40,409 nucleotides of DNA from a virus (lineage: Duplodnaviria > Caudoviricetes). Shown piece after piece: positions 1-9,635 of the stretch. The notes under the pieces were generated by a model. It was not told the DNA's origin. It worked only from the letters and a program-made list of their open reading frames with translations, and did not search any database. Each line of letters begins with the position of its first letter. The stretch's first letter is position 1. Location of the stretch: IMG/VR virus record IMGVR_UViG_3300014613_000045, positions 1 to 40,409 of that record. One strand, given 5' to 3'. The position numbers and the translations under genes are program-made.

Positions 1-105
1 CCGAACCACCGAAGCCCGAACCACCGAAGCCCGAACCACCGAAGCCCGAACCACCGAAGCCCGAACCACCGAAGCCCGAACCACCGAAGCCCGAACCACC
101 GAAGC
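1..105 (+). repeat. Perfect 15-bp tandem repeat (CCGAACCACCGAAGC) x7, truncated by the window start
   Basis: Seven exact copies read directly from the sequence. Confidence 0.97.
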
Positions 106-119
106 CGGTGGACAAGTAA
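3..119 (+). CDS. 3' end of a gene with a Pro-rich (EPPKP)n C-terminal tail (partial)
   Basis: Frame 3 reads (EPPKP)7-VDK-stop (TAA 117-119), just ahead of the AGGAGG RBS of the next gene. Confidence 0.6.
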   Translation, partial: EPPKPEPPKPEPPKPEPPKPEPPKPEPPKPEPPKPVDK

Positions 120-155
120 TAACCCCGCTCTCTCACAAAAAAAGGAGGCCATCTA

Positions 156-578
156 ATGGCAAACCAGCACACCAGAACCGTCAAGTACAAGACCGAAGGT
201 GGAGAAGAAACAGTCTCGGCATACACGTTTGATGTTGAGGAATCTTCAAACATCGAACTGGAAATTCCGATCGGTGCGGCCGATCAGGAAGTGACAACCA
301 ACATCCCTATCACGGCAGTCACCAAAGGGTTCGCGCTTAGCTGCAAAAAGAAGCCGGGTCAGTCAGCCGACCTGACCGGTGAGTTGACAGTCAAAACTAA
401 CATCGCTTTGACGCCGGACGACACGTTTGTGCTCAACCCGACGAGTGGGCTGAGTTGGGACGTTGGGGAACCAACGGCAATCCCGCTCACTGTGGCCGTC
501 ACGAAGCTGTTTGTTAGCAACACCGGGTCCGGCGTCTGTCTCCTTGCAATCCGCACCGGCCTCGACGCCACCCCGTAA
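156..578 (+). CDS. Putative virion structural protein, beta-rich, paralogue 1
   Basis: AGGAGG RBS; clear similarity to 626-1057 (NQHT.T..YK.EGG, EIPIGA.D.E, TPDD.F, PLT.AVT.LF..NTG). Confidence 0.75.
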   Translation: MANQHTRTVKYKTEGGEETVSAYTFDVEESSNIELEIPIGAADQEVTTNIPITAVTKGFALSCKKKPGQSADLTGELTVKTNIALTPDDTFVLNPTSGLSWDVGEPTAIPLTVAVTKLFVSNTGSGVCLLAIRTGLDATP

Positions 579-625
579 TTTGCGGGCTGACCAAACACTG
601 TAACCCTCAATAGAGGAGGCTATAA

Positions 626-1057
626 ATGCCAAACCAACATACTGTCACACTGACCTACAAGTCAGAGGGTGGAACGTCGACCATCACAAACTACGTGTTC
701 GACTGCGGCAAGTCGATCAACGTGGAAGAGGACATCCCGATCGGAGCGACCGACCTGGAATTGGCCATCGACATCCCATCAACGGCCGACACGCTCGGTT
801 TTGCCTTCGGCGCGAAGAAGAAGGCGGGACAAGCTGCGAGTGCGAATACCGTCGAACTGGAAATCCGCACGAATGCTCCGTCGACCGGCACGCCAGACGA
901 CTCATTCACAATCACTGATACCAACGGATTTGGGTGGAACAACGCCGACCCCGTTGTCAATCCGCTGACGGCGGCGGTGACGTCGCTCTTCATCACCAAC
1001 ACCGGTAACGCGATCGCCGAATTGTCGATCCGGGCCGGAATTGATCCGACGATATAA
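626..1057 (+). CDS. Putative virion structural protein, beta-rich, paralogue 2
   Basis: GAGGAGG RBS; paralogue of 156-578. Confidence 0.75.
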   Translation: MPNQHTVTLTYKSEGGTSTITNYVFDCGKSINVEEDIPIGATDLELAIDIPSTADTLGFAFGAKKKAGQAASANTVELEIRTNAPSTGTPDDSFTITDTNGFGWNNADPVVNPLTAAVTSLFITNTGNAIAELSIRAGIDPTI

Positions 1058-1070
1058 CAGAGGCGGATTG

Positions 1071-2192
1071 ATGGCTAGGCAGTTTACAAAGTCCACCGCC
1101 AACTACATGAGCCTGGGGATCAATGCGATTGGTCCCCTGGTTCATGGTGCGCAGGTTGTATGTATTCATGCCTGGGTGTGGGTTGATTCGTTTGATGTTG
1201 GCGGAGGCGTCAATAACATCTTGACTATCATCAACGATGGGACGGATGAAGGTATATCGCTCATGCTTGGTGGATCGTCTCCAGTAATAACAGTCCGAGG
1301 ACGGGCGATTCCAGGCGGTGTACTGAATGGAGTTTCCGGCGTTTCTGCGGTGCCTCTCGGAAAATGGGTATCCGTGGGCGCGCGGTTGTGTTTTTCTGGT
1401 GACATAACGAACGCGGTGTTTCTAAGCGGACACGCAGATGCAATCAATTCGGCTGCGTGGGGGTCGCTGTTTTTCGTCGGCGGAGTTCCTACCGCAGATG
1501 ACCGGATCGGCTCGCGTTCCGGAGGCGTCGTCTCACAGTGGTTTGATGGACGGATTGCGGAAGTAGCAATTTGGACGAACGACATCGGTGATAATGCCTT
1601 TGCTCTGTTGGCAGGAGGTCTTAACCCGTTTGCCGTCCAATTCCCGCGTGCATACTTTTCCTTGTATGGCGGAGAACTATACTGGCCGTGGGGTGCAGTA
1701 CATGCACAGATTGTCGGATCAATCCCGTCTGTTGCTCATCCTGTCGTCGGTGTTGTGGACAGCTTAGAGACACAGCATAGGCTACTGGTGAAGTATAAGA
1801 CCGAAGGTGGAACTGATACGACATTTGATTACACCTATACGGTCAATAGTACGATCAGACATCGCTCGACGATTGCGGCGGGTGTTTCCGATAAGCGGGT
1901 CAATGTAACAATTCCGCTGGCCTATCTACAGTCGTTCGCGATCTCGTGTGATAGACACGGCGGGTTTTTCCCTGAGCAAATTCCGCATTTTGTTGTCAAG
2001 ACAAATTCGCCAATAACACCGACGGAGACGTTTCAGATAAAGGTCGGGCGTGGCGTTGCGTGGGGGCTGTTGTCACCGGTACCCAATCCATTAACGGACG
2101 ATGTGACGAGTCTGTATGTATCCAATATTGGTGGCGGTCACGGTGATCTAACTGTGCTCGCCGGTTTCGTTGTTCCAAGTTTGGTGTCCTGA
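1071..2192 (+). CDS. LamG/concanavalin-like domain fused to a third copy of the 156/626 domain; putative virion protein
   Basis: WFDGRIAEVAIW LamG-type motif; N-half resembles the N-terminus of 12421-14442; C-terminus has QHRLLVKYKTEGG...PLTDDVTSLYVSNIG. ATG 1071 chosen from the paralogue start. Confidence 0.7.
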   Translation: MARQFTKSTANYMSLGINAIGPLVHGAQVVCIHAWVWVDSFDVGGGVNNILTIINDGTDEGISLMLGGSSPVITVRGRAIPGGVLNGVSGVSAVPLGKWVSVGARLCFSGDITNAVFLSGHADAINSAAWGSLFFVGGVPTADDRIGSRSGGVVSQWFDGRIAEVAIWTNDIGDNAFALLAGGLNPFAVQFPRAYFSLYGGELYWPWGAVHAQIVGSIPSVAHPVVGVVDSLETQHRLLVKYKTEGGTDTTFDYTYTVNSTIRHRSTIAAGVSDKRVNVTIPLAYLQSFAISCDRHGGFFPEQIPHFVVKTNSPITPTETFQIKVGRGVAWGLLSPVPNPLTDDVTSLYVSNIGGGHGDLTVLAGFVVPSLVS

Positions 2193-2773
2193 TGGGTGGT
2201 GTAGGTCTTAGCCTCGGTATGAAGATGAGCGGTATCGGTATGAGGATCGGCAACTTCGGACGGATGTCTTTTGACGCCGAGGCAGTGATGCGCGCCGTCA
2301 ATAAGTCTGAGCGTCAAGTGCTTAGCGGGTTTGGTTCGTTCGTTCGTACCAAGTCTCGGCAGAGTATCAAGAAAGCCAAGCCAGGGAAACTATCAGACCT
2401 GCCTCCGGAACTTCGCGAAAAGTATGAGCCCCAACGTGATGCATCGGGTCGGTTCATCGAGCAGAAGACGAAAGACGGAAAACCACCGAAGATTCCGCCG
2501 GCTTCGTCAAAGCCCGGTGATCCGCCGGTGTATCACACCAAGGCGATCAAGGTGATTTCATTTGCCGTCGATCCACGACGGCATTCAGTGATCATCGGCC
2601 CGGAGAAACTTCCGCGTGCATATCCCGACGAAGCCATGCTGCTGGAGTACGGCGGAACGACCACTAGGAAGGGTCGCGGCGCCAAGTATCGAGCAAGACC
2701 GTTCATGCGACCCGCTGCTGTGGCCGGTTACGACGAAGCAATAAGGAAGTGGAGAAATTCACTCAAAGGATAG
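2192..2773 (+). CDS. HK97 gp10-like tail/neck completion protein (start uncertain)
   Basis: Basic protein with LLEYGG...YRARPFMRPA C-terminal motif, upstream of the tail tube gene. Confidence 0.7.
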   Translation: MGGVGLSLGMKMSGIGMRIGNFGRMSFDAEAVMRAVNKSERQVLSGFGSFVRTKSRQSIKKAKPGKLSDLPPELREKYEPQRDASGRFIEQKTKDGKPPKIPPASSKPGDPPVYHTKAIKVISFAVDPRRHSVIIGPEKLPRAYPDEAMLLEYGGTTTRKGRGAKYRARPFMRPAAVAGYDEAIRKWRNSLKG

Positions 2774-2778
2774 GAACC

Positions 2779-2897
2779 TGGAGGCCGGCGTCTATCGCCG
2801 GTCGCTGTGAGGCAAATCGGGAGTAGCTACCCGTAGGAGCCACAACTTCGCTGCCCTTGTGGGGGTCGCGCGAGAGATCGCACGGCCTCCATTTTTT
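2779..2897 (+). ncRNA. Structured intergenic element; candidate cis-regulatory RNA or attenuator
   Basis: Outer helix TGGAGGCCG/CGGCCTCCA followed by a T-tract; inner hairpins CCGGCG/CGCCGG, CGGG-AGTAGCTA-CCCG, GCGA-GAGA-TCGC. Confidence 0.5.
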
Positions 2898-2914
2898 GTG
2901 AAAGGAGCGAAACG

Positions 2915-3433
2915 ATGTCTGCAAAAGTCGGATTCAAATGCAAATGCTACTACGCATCGGCCGGGGCTGCGTCCGGCGTGTGGCTGGTGCTCAAACAAAC
3001 AAAAGAGACGATCGAGGTCGGCTCGGAGGATGAGCAGATCGACGGCAGCGACTTCGATAGCCCGTTCAAGAAGTACCTTCAGGGCCAACGTGACGTCCCG
3101 GTGTCCTTCACGATCAAAGAAGACCCGGCAAGCGCGTCGTGGTTGGCGTTGAATACCGCCAAACACACGGGCAAAGACATCGGGTTTGCCGCCGTCGATG
3201 GAGACTTGACTGTTTCCGGCACGCTGGTGCCAATCATGGCCGACTTCAAGGTCACGACGTTTTCGCTAACTCGCGGCATCAATGACATTAATAGCCGGAA
3301 GGTCGAGTTGCGGCTGTCCGCTGATTCGACGTACAGGCCGCAAGAAAACGACATTGTTGACGGCCCGGCATTGGAGAGGCCGCTATCCGCTGTCACGCCT
3401 CTGGTTCGTCCAACGCCAGCGTGGGCGCCGTAA
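2915..3433 (+). CDS. Major tail tube protein (putative)
   Basis: AAGGAG RBS; size, beta-rich pattern and position before chaperones and tape measure gene. Confidence 0.7.
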   Translation: MSAKVGFKCKCYYASAGAASGVWLVLKQTKETIEVGSEDEQIDGSDFDSPFKKYLQGQRDVPVSFTIKEDPASASWLALNTAKHTGKDIGFAAVDGDLTVSGTLVPIMADFKVTTFSLTRGINDINSRKVELRLSADSTYRPQENDIVDGPALERPLSAVTPLVRPTPAWAP

Positions 3434-3445
3434 AGGGCCAATCCA

Positions 3446-4045
3446 GTGCGAACATTTAAGGACAACACGGGCCGCGAGTGGACGGTCGAGATCACGTACG
3501 ACGAGGTATGCCGCGTCCATGAGTGGAGTCAACCGGCCAGCGATGCTGCGCTTCAGAAATGGATTGACGGAGGCAAGCATGGCAAGCAACCGCCTGGGCC
3601 GATCGACATTGGATTTCCGCTCGAAGGTGATCCGCCACTAGCGACGCGGCTGATGAGCGACAAGTTTCTGCTCGCCCACGTGATCTTCATCGTCATGCAG
3701 CCGCAAATAGAGGCGTCGGGAATCCAGCCCGAGGAATTGCGTCGTCATCTTGGCGGGGCAGCGCTCACGGCGATGTTCACTGCCTTCTGGGGTGCAGTCT
3801 CGGATTTTATCCGGGACGCCGGCGATACCGCCGGCGTCAAGCTGATCGAAACGAATCTGAATCTAGTCCAGGCAGCAATGAAGCTGATGGACAGCAAGAT
3901 GGGTCAGATCGACGTGGAGGGGATGATCCAGAAGCTCGACGCGATGATCGACGTGGAAGCGGAGATGACGAAGGCGATGAACGAAGTTCGATCGAACTCT
4001 GCTGTGAGTGCGCCGGAATCTGCTGTGTTAGTCCCCACGGAATGA
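3446..4045 (+). CDS. Tail assembly chaperone (gpG-like)
   Basis: GTG start; MRTFKDNTGREWTVEI N-terminus; lies between tail tube and tape measure genes. Confidence 0.65.
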   Translation: MRTFKDNTGREWTVEITYDEVCRVHEWSQPASDAALQKWIDGGKHGKQPPGPIDIGFPLEGDPPLATRLMSDKFLLAHVIFIVMQPQIEASGIQPEELRRHLGGAALTAMFTAFWGAVSDFIRDAGDTAGVKLIETNLNLVQAAMKLMDSKMGQIDVEGMIQKLDAMIDVEAEMTKAMNEVRSNSAVSAPESAVLVPTE

Positions 4046-4275
4046 CGCTCAAAGAGTTGATGTGGATGTCGGACGCGAAGCAGTTTCACGATTGGAAAAT
4101 CGCATCGCAACTATCCTTTCTGATTGCCGAGCCGAACCGCAATGCGAAGGAAATTCCAGAGCCGTTTACGGAGCAGACCTTCAACCCGTTTGAGCTGAAC
4201 ATGACCACTGAAGAGGAGTCCGTAGCCGTGTGCGAAGACCTGACACTCCTGGGCAAGATGTTCGCGGGGGCATGA
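4042..4275 (+). CDS. Tail assembly chaperone second ORF (gpT-like), possibly made by -1 frameshift
   Basis: In the -1 frame relative to 3446-4045 and open back to ~3631; directly precedes the tape measure gene. Confidence 0.55.
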   Translation: MTLKELMWMSDAKQFHDWKIASQLSFLIAEPNRNAKEIPEPFTEQTFNPFELNMTTEEESVAVCEDLTLLGKMFAGA

Positions 4276-4276
4276 G

Positions 4277-7189
4277 ATGGCTGGGAACGCTGGTGCCATC
4301 AGAATGGGTCGTGCGTTCGTGGAGTTGTTCGCGGATCGCTCGAAGCTGGTACGCGGCCTGAAGCTGGCGAAAGCGGACTTGCAAGCGTTCGGCGGCGGCG
4401 TCCGCAACATCGGCATGAAGATGGTCGGACTTGGTGCGATGGCTGCTGCCCCGTTCGTCGGCGGCATCAAGGCTTTCGCCAACTTCGACGAGAAGATGGC
4501 TAACGTCTCCACGATGCTTGACGAGCCCGACAAGTGGATGGGCGGGTTTCGTTCTGGCATCAAGTCAATGTCGGTCGAGTTCGGCAAGTCAACAGACGAT
4601 CTCGCTGCCGGGTTGTACGACATTCTCTCAGCGAGCGTCCCGCCGGCAGAAGCGATGGAGCGGCTTGCCGCAGGATCACGGCTTGCCGTTGCGGGTACTG
4701 CCGATGTGAAAGATTCCGTCGGCGCACTCAATTCGCTCATGGAAACCTACGGGGACAGTTTCACAGATGCCGGTGATGCGTCCGATTTTCTGTTCGGGAT
4801 CGTGAAGCGTGGCCGGACGGACCTCACGCAACTTGCGCCAAAGATCGGTGCCATTCTTCAACCGATGAAGCAAGCTGGATTCGCTGCTGAGGAAATGGGT
4901 GCATCTATCGCACTGGTAACGCGCGCAACTGGTGAAACCGACATGTCGCTGACCGCGTTAAAGTCGATCGCAATGGCCTTTCTAAAATCGACGAAGGAGG
5001 CAAAGGAAACGTGGAAAGAGCTGACAGACACAGAATTCAACACGCAAACGCTCAAGGATCTCGGTTTTGAGGGGGTGCTTAAACAACTCAAAGGCGTCGA
5101 TCCGGAAACGATTGCAAACATCTTTCCAAACTCACGTTCCATCACAGGCATTCTGCCTGCACTCGACAAAATGACTGACTACGCAGTCGATATGCAAGCA
5201 ATGGCAAATCGTGCGGGCAACGTCGATGTGGCGTTCGGCAAGATGTCCAAGAACGCATCGTTCAAACTGACGCAGCTCAAGAACGCGGCCGTCGTTGCGT
5301 TCATCGCGATCGGCGAAGCGTTCGCCGGGCCGATCACGAAGATCAATGAGCGGCTCTTACCGCTCATGGCATCTATAACCGAGTGGATCAGCAAGAACAA
5401 GGAACTCGTGCTGACGGTTGCGGGCGTGGTTGCCGGGGTGATCGCGGCGGGTATTGCGTTGGTCGTGCTCGGCACGTTGATCTCGGCAATGGGGACGGTC
5501 TGCGGTGTGGCTGCTACGGCGATCGGATTGCTGCTCACTCCGTTCGGCTTGGTGTCGGCGGCGATTGTCGGCCTCGGAATCTACTTTGCGAAGAACACGC
5601 AAATCATAGATGCTTTGACCAAAAGGCTAGGCCCGGTCTTCAAGGATTTGAAGACCATAGCCGTTGATGCTTTCGGCGGGATCATGAAGGCGTTGAAGAG
5701 CGGCGACTACCAGGGTGCATTGGACATCGTGGCCGGTGCCTTCAAGGACGCATGGCAACGTATCGCCGGTGACTCATCCACGATGGTTGGCAGTGCGGTT
5801 GCCTACATCCGTGACTTGTGGACCAATCTGCCACAGACGATTTCCGCGACCGTCAGTCAGATCAAGATATCGATCCTTGGATGGATTGCCGACAACTCTC
5901 TGCTCGCCTCATCAATTAAAGGTGTGGTTGCTGGAGTTGTTGCTGCCAAGCTGGCGGTTACAGCAGTTGGTATTGCAGCGGCGGCAATCAGTACCGTCGT
6001 GGCAACGATTACCGGGATCGCGACGGCGTTCGCGTTTCTGCTCACTCCGATCGGCCTGGTAAGTGCAGCCGTCGTCGCACTCGTAGCGACGGTTGCTATC
6101 GAGAGCGGGGCGATGAAGGACATCATTGCCTCACTCGGCACGACGTTTGTCGGCGTTGCGGATACGGCCAAAACCGCGTTCGGAGGCATCAAGGAAGCCA
6201 TTGCGGCTGGCGATTTAGAGGCTGCATTCCGAATAGCCAGTCTTGGAATTCAGGTTGTTTGGCAACGGATCATGAACGACCTCGGCATGATGTGGCGAGC
6301 GTTCATGGACTCTATCACTGAAGACATCGCTCCATTTGTGAAGTTCGGATTGCTAGGCACGCACAACAAAGAGATCAACGAAGCGCTGAAGGCTAGGAAA
6401 GAGCGGTCTATCACCGAAGAGACTGCTGGCGACAAGGAGCTTGCCAACCTCGAAAGGCAACTCCGCGTCGCAACCGATCCAAAACGCATTGCCGCACTAG
6501 CACAGACGAAGACGTATCGCACAACAGCAGGAGAACGTCAACGCATCTATGCGGAGAAGACGGATGCCGGGGAGGCGGTGACTGACGAGGAACGGAAACA
6601 GGCATCCGCAGACAAAGTATTTCTAGCAATGTCCGAAAGTGCTCGGCTCGAAAAGAAACGCACCGAGAACATCGCCAGTTTGCTTGAATCGTATAAATTG
6701 GCGGCAGCCTTGCCGGCTGAACAATTAGCCGTCATGCCAACTGGAGACATTCCGGCGATGAACTTTCGTGAGGCGAGTAGGAACCGCGATGAGGCATTAG
6801 ACCTTGCAAGGCACGCACCGACCCTCGGCGAAGCAGCCTTCAGCCGGTTTTTGACTGGTATGGGAGTCGGCGGGCTTGCTGGTGGTCTTACCGCTGGGGC
6901 TGCCGGTCTCGCGGGCGAATTCGGGCCGGACATACTCAAGGCCGCGCCTGATGTCATTGCCGATCTGAAGTCCAAGTGGGACAAGATGACGGGTGGGATC
7001 GGCGGGGCGACCGCTTTTTCCGGTTCATTCAACGCGGCGGCTGCAATTCGCGGTGTCGGTGTTAAGAGCGTTGCATCAGAGACGAAGAAAGCCGTCGAAG
7101 AGACTAACGGACTGATCGGCCTAACGAACGAACTACTCGCCAAGATGACTACCATCATCGGACCTCCAGGTTTAGCGGTCATAGGCTAA
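4277..7189 (+). CDS. Tail tape measure protein (TP901-type core)
   Basis: 970 aa, Ala/Gly-rich and helical, ANFDEKMANVSTML core, hydrophobic segments, canonical synteny. Confidence 0.92.
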   Translation: MAGNAGAIRMGRAFVELFADRSKLVRGLKLAKADLQAFGGGVRNIGMKMVGLGAMAAAPFVGGIKAFANFDEKMANVSTMLDEPDKWMGGFRSGIKSMSVEFGKSTDDLAAGLYDILSASVPPAEAMERLAAGSRLAVAGTADVKDSVGALNSLMETYGDSFTDAGDASDFLFGIVKRGRTDLTQLAPKIGAILQPMKQAGFAAEEMGASIALVTRATGETDMSLTALKSIAMAFLKSTKEAKETWKELTDTEFNTQTLKDLGFEGVLKQLKGVDPETIANIFPNSRSITGILPALDKMTDYAVDMQAMANRAGNVDVAFGKMSKNASFKLTQLKNAAVVAFIAIGEAFAGPITKINERLLPLMASITEWISKNKELVLTVAGVVAGVIAAGIALVVLGTLISAMGTVCGVAATAIGLLLTPFGLVSAAIVGLGIYFAKNTQIIDALTKRLGPVFKDLKTIAVDAFGGIMKALKSGDYQGALDIVAGAFKDAWQRIAGDSSTMVGSAVAYIRDLWTNLPQTISATVSQIKISILGWIADNSLLASSIKGVVAGVVAAKLAVTAVGIAAAAISTVVATITGIATAFAFLLTPIGLVSAAVVALVATVAIESGAMKDIIASLGTTFVGVADTAKTAFGGIKEAIAAGDLEAAFRIASLGIQVVWQRIMNDLGMMWRAFMDSITEDIAPFVKFGLLGTHNKEINEALKARKERSITEETAGDKELANLERQLRVATDPKRIAALAQTKTYRTTAGERQRIYAEKTDAGEAVTDEERKQASADKVFLAMSESARLEKKRTENIASLLESYKLAAALPAEQLAVMPTGDIPAMNFREASRNRDEALDLARHAPTLGEAAFSRFLTGMGVGGLAGGLTAGAAGLAGEFGPDILKAAPDVIADLKSKWDKMTGGIGGATAFSGSFNAAAAIRGVGVKSVASETKKAVEETNGLIGLTNELLAKMTTIIGPPGLAVIG

Positions 7190-7191
7190 CG

Positions 7192-8052
7192 ATGGCTGTT
7201 CGCGAAAAACCAAATAGCCGCAAGTGGTCCGAAGGCGAGACCAAAGAGTGCGAGTACCTCTTCCAGGTATCCGGCACGAATAATGACTTGCTGATCAAGG
7301 CGGAGGCACTGGCGTATGCACCGCTGATAATCAATGACGGAGTGGACGATCTCTGGCGGCAGACGGTTCAGTTGCAGCGGATCAACTGGCAAGTCTGGGA
7401 CGTCACGATCCCGTACAAAAAGACCGAGCCGAAAGAGATCGGCTGGTCGCAGGTGTCGTTCGAGCTGACGATGCAAACGGCAAAGGTCACGCAAAGCCTG
7501 GCGTATGAAGACCCGTTGAACCTTGGACTGATTCCGCCCGCGATGCTCCAGGCGACGACGGGCTATGCTCCTGGGACCGCAACGGCTCCCGATTACAAGG
7601 GGGCGATCGGCGTCAACAAGGACGGCAAAGTCGAAGGGTGCGAGATTCTCGTGCCGGAGTTCACCTGGAGCGAGACGTGGCGGCACCCGACCGCCATTGT
7701 TGAGAGCCTGGCATACCGGAACATCCTCTATGCGATCGGCCTGAGTCCGTTGAATGATGCCGTGTTCCGCGACTTCGCGGGGGCCGAAGTGTTGTTCATG
7801 GCCGCGAGCGATTCGCGATTTGACAAGACTCAAAGCGACGTGACGTACAAATTCAAAGCCAGCCCGAACATGACCAATCTCACGATCGGCGACATCACCG
7901 TGGCCGAGAAGTTAGGGCATGATTACCTCGACATCAGATACGCCGAAAAGGTGGACCCGGTTAGCAAGGTCCGCGTGGCCGTTCCTAAATACGCCTATGT
8001 CCATACGATGTATTGCGCGAGCGACTTCTCGCTGATGGGGATTGGCACCTGA
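7192..8052 (+). CDS. Distal tail / baseplate hub-like protein
   Basis: Immediately downstream of the tape measure gene; call based on position. Confidence 0.55.
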   Translation: MAVREKPNSRKWSEGETKECEYLFQVSGTNNDLLIKAEALAYAPLIINDGVDDLWRQTVQLQRINWQVWDVTIPYKKTEPKEIGWSQVSFELTMQTAKVTQSLAYEDPLNLGLIPPAMLQATTGYAPGTATAPDYKGAIGVNKDGKVEGCEILVPEFTWSETWRHPTAIVESLAYRNILYAIGLSPLNDAVFRDFAGAEVLFMAASDSRFDKTQSDVTYKFKASPNMTNLTIGDITVAEKLGHDYLDIRYAEKVDPVSKVRVAVPKYAYVHTMYCASDFSLMGIGT

Positions 8053-9635
8053 TGGGTGATCCGTTTCAAAAGGTGATCGCCGGCCAGCAGCTGCGGGGAA
8101 TCTCCAGTGCGGCATGGAACACGTTGATGGACCTCTGCCTGGCACGCAAGCGGCAGGGCATCAACGTATCTGGTCGGGCCGATCTCGTCATGCCTGATGG
8201 TGCGATCAACGTGCGCAACGACAGCGGGTACGACTGCGAAGAGTTCGACGTGCTCGGCTTGGACGATATGCTGACCGGGCCGGACGTGGACGAGGGCGAG
8301 TTCAAATACCGCTACGCCATGCGGGCGACGACGCCGGCCAGCCTGGAACACCGGGGGCGGTTCGTCGTGTTGGTCGATCCGCTCCTGGCAGCGACGGGTG
8401 AAAGCCCTGGCCAGATTGGTCGCGCATGGGTTGCCGGGGCCGTCTGCCCGTGCGTTGTCCGCGTCCGGATGCTGTCCAGTGAGTTCCCGCCGCCAGGTGG
8501 AATCGTCGTGCAGGCGGCCTGCCGGGTTGCCGTGCTGTCGGACGTGGACCTGACGACGCTGGTGGTCGATGCCGTGATTGACGGGGTGACGCTTGCCGCG
8601 GCTGACCGCGTGCTGGTGATCTCCCAGACGGACTCGACCACGAACGGCTCCTACGTGATCCAGGGGAGCGGGCCTCCGGTGCGGGCTGCCGAGTTTCCGA
8701 CCGGCGGCTCCGTGGCCGGGTACACGTATCAGGTGACCGAGGGAGACTACGGCGAGGGTATCTGGAGCGTCACGAACAGCCCCGGAGCCGACGTCGTCGA
8801 TACTGATACGCTCACGTGGATGCAAGTCAGCGACGGCAGCTATGTGATCCAGGAGGCCGTCCGCGTCGTCGTGGCAAGCAACATAGACTTGGCAGACGAA
8901 CTAGAAGAGGGCGACGAGCAGGACGGGGTGACACTGGTCGCCGATGACCGAGTCTTGCTGACCGGGCAGACGGACCCGGCAGAGAACGGCGTCCACGTCG
9001 TGCCGGCGGCGGGGGCCGCGAGCAGGGCCGACGATTGCCTAGACACCACTGACGCCTCTGGCTTCGCCTACTACGCCACGGAGGGCGACGCCGGGGCTGA
9101 GACATTGTGGCGGCTCAAGCGTGGCTCCCTGGTGGGCACAGACGCCCTGTACTTTGGCAAGATTGGCGTTCAGTCGGTAACCCGCAAGGCGCGAATCGTC
9201 GATGGGGAGCGGGGCTACCTGGAGGCAGCGTCCGCCGGCGGGGCCGACGTGCTCTGGATTCAGCCCGGTCTCGGCTTGCGGTGGGCTCTGGTCCGGATCG
9301 GCAACATGGACCTCGGCACGGTGCGGGCCGTGCTGCTGAAAGAGATGGAGAGCAAGGGGGTCGTGCCGGCGGAGATTCAGTTGTGGGACGACGACTGGGA
9401 TCTGTGGTGTGGCACCGGCGAGGTGATCACGGTCCGCGATGACCTGGGGACTGGTGAGACGTTGCCAGCCTGCCGGGCGGTACATGCCGAGCCGTCGATC
9501 TCGTCTCACGAGTACCTCTTGGACGCGGTCGGGTGCGCGGACGAATGCGCGTGCGTGATGGGGTTGTCGGGTGGCGGCTGCCTTGCTCTCAGCAGCGGCG
9601 GCGGGTTGGCTCTGTCGTGTGGGGAGGCGGTCTGA
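8052..9635 (+). CDS. Tail protein with two copies of the DGVTL..DRVL..QTD..NG..V module
   Basis: IDGVTLAAADRVLVISQTDSTTNGSYVI and QDGVTLVADDRVLLTGQTDPAENGVHVV; start coupled to the upstream stop (TGATG). Confidence 0.7.
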   Translation: MGDPFQKVIAGQQLRGISSAAWNTLMDLCLARKRQGINVSGRADLVMPDGAINVRNDSGYDCEEFDVLGLDDMLTGPDVDEGEFKYRYAMRATTPASLEHRGRFVVLVDPLLAATGESPGQIGRAWVAGAVCPCVVRVRMLSSEFPPPGGIVVQAACRVAVLSDVDLTTLVVDAVIDGVTLAAADRVLVISQTDSTTNGSYVIQGSGPPVRAAEFPTGGSVAGYTYQVTEGDYGEGIWSVTNSPGADVVDTDTLTWMQVSDGSYVIQEAVRVVVASNIDLADELEEGDEQDGVTLVADDRVLLTGQTDPAENGVHVVPAAGAASRADDCLDTTDASGFAYYATEGDAGAETLWRLKRGSLVGTDALYFGKIGVQSVTRKARIVDGERGYLEAASAGGADVLWIQPGLGLRWALVRIGNMDLGTVRAVLLKEMESKGVVPAEIQLWDDDWDLWCGTGEVITVRDDLGTGETLPACRAVHAEPSISSHEYLLDAVGCADECACVMGLSGGGCLALSSGGGLALSCGEAV

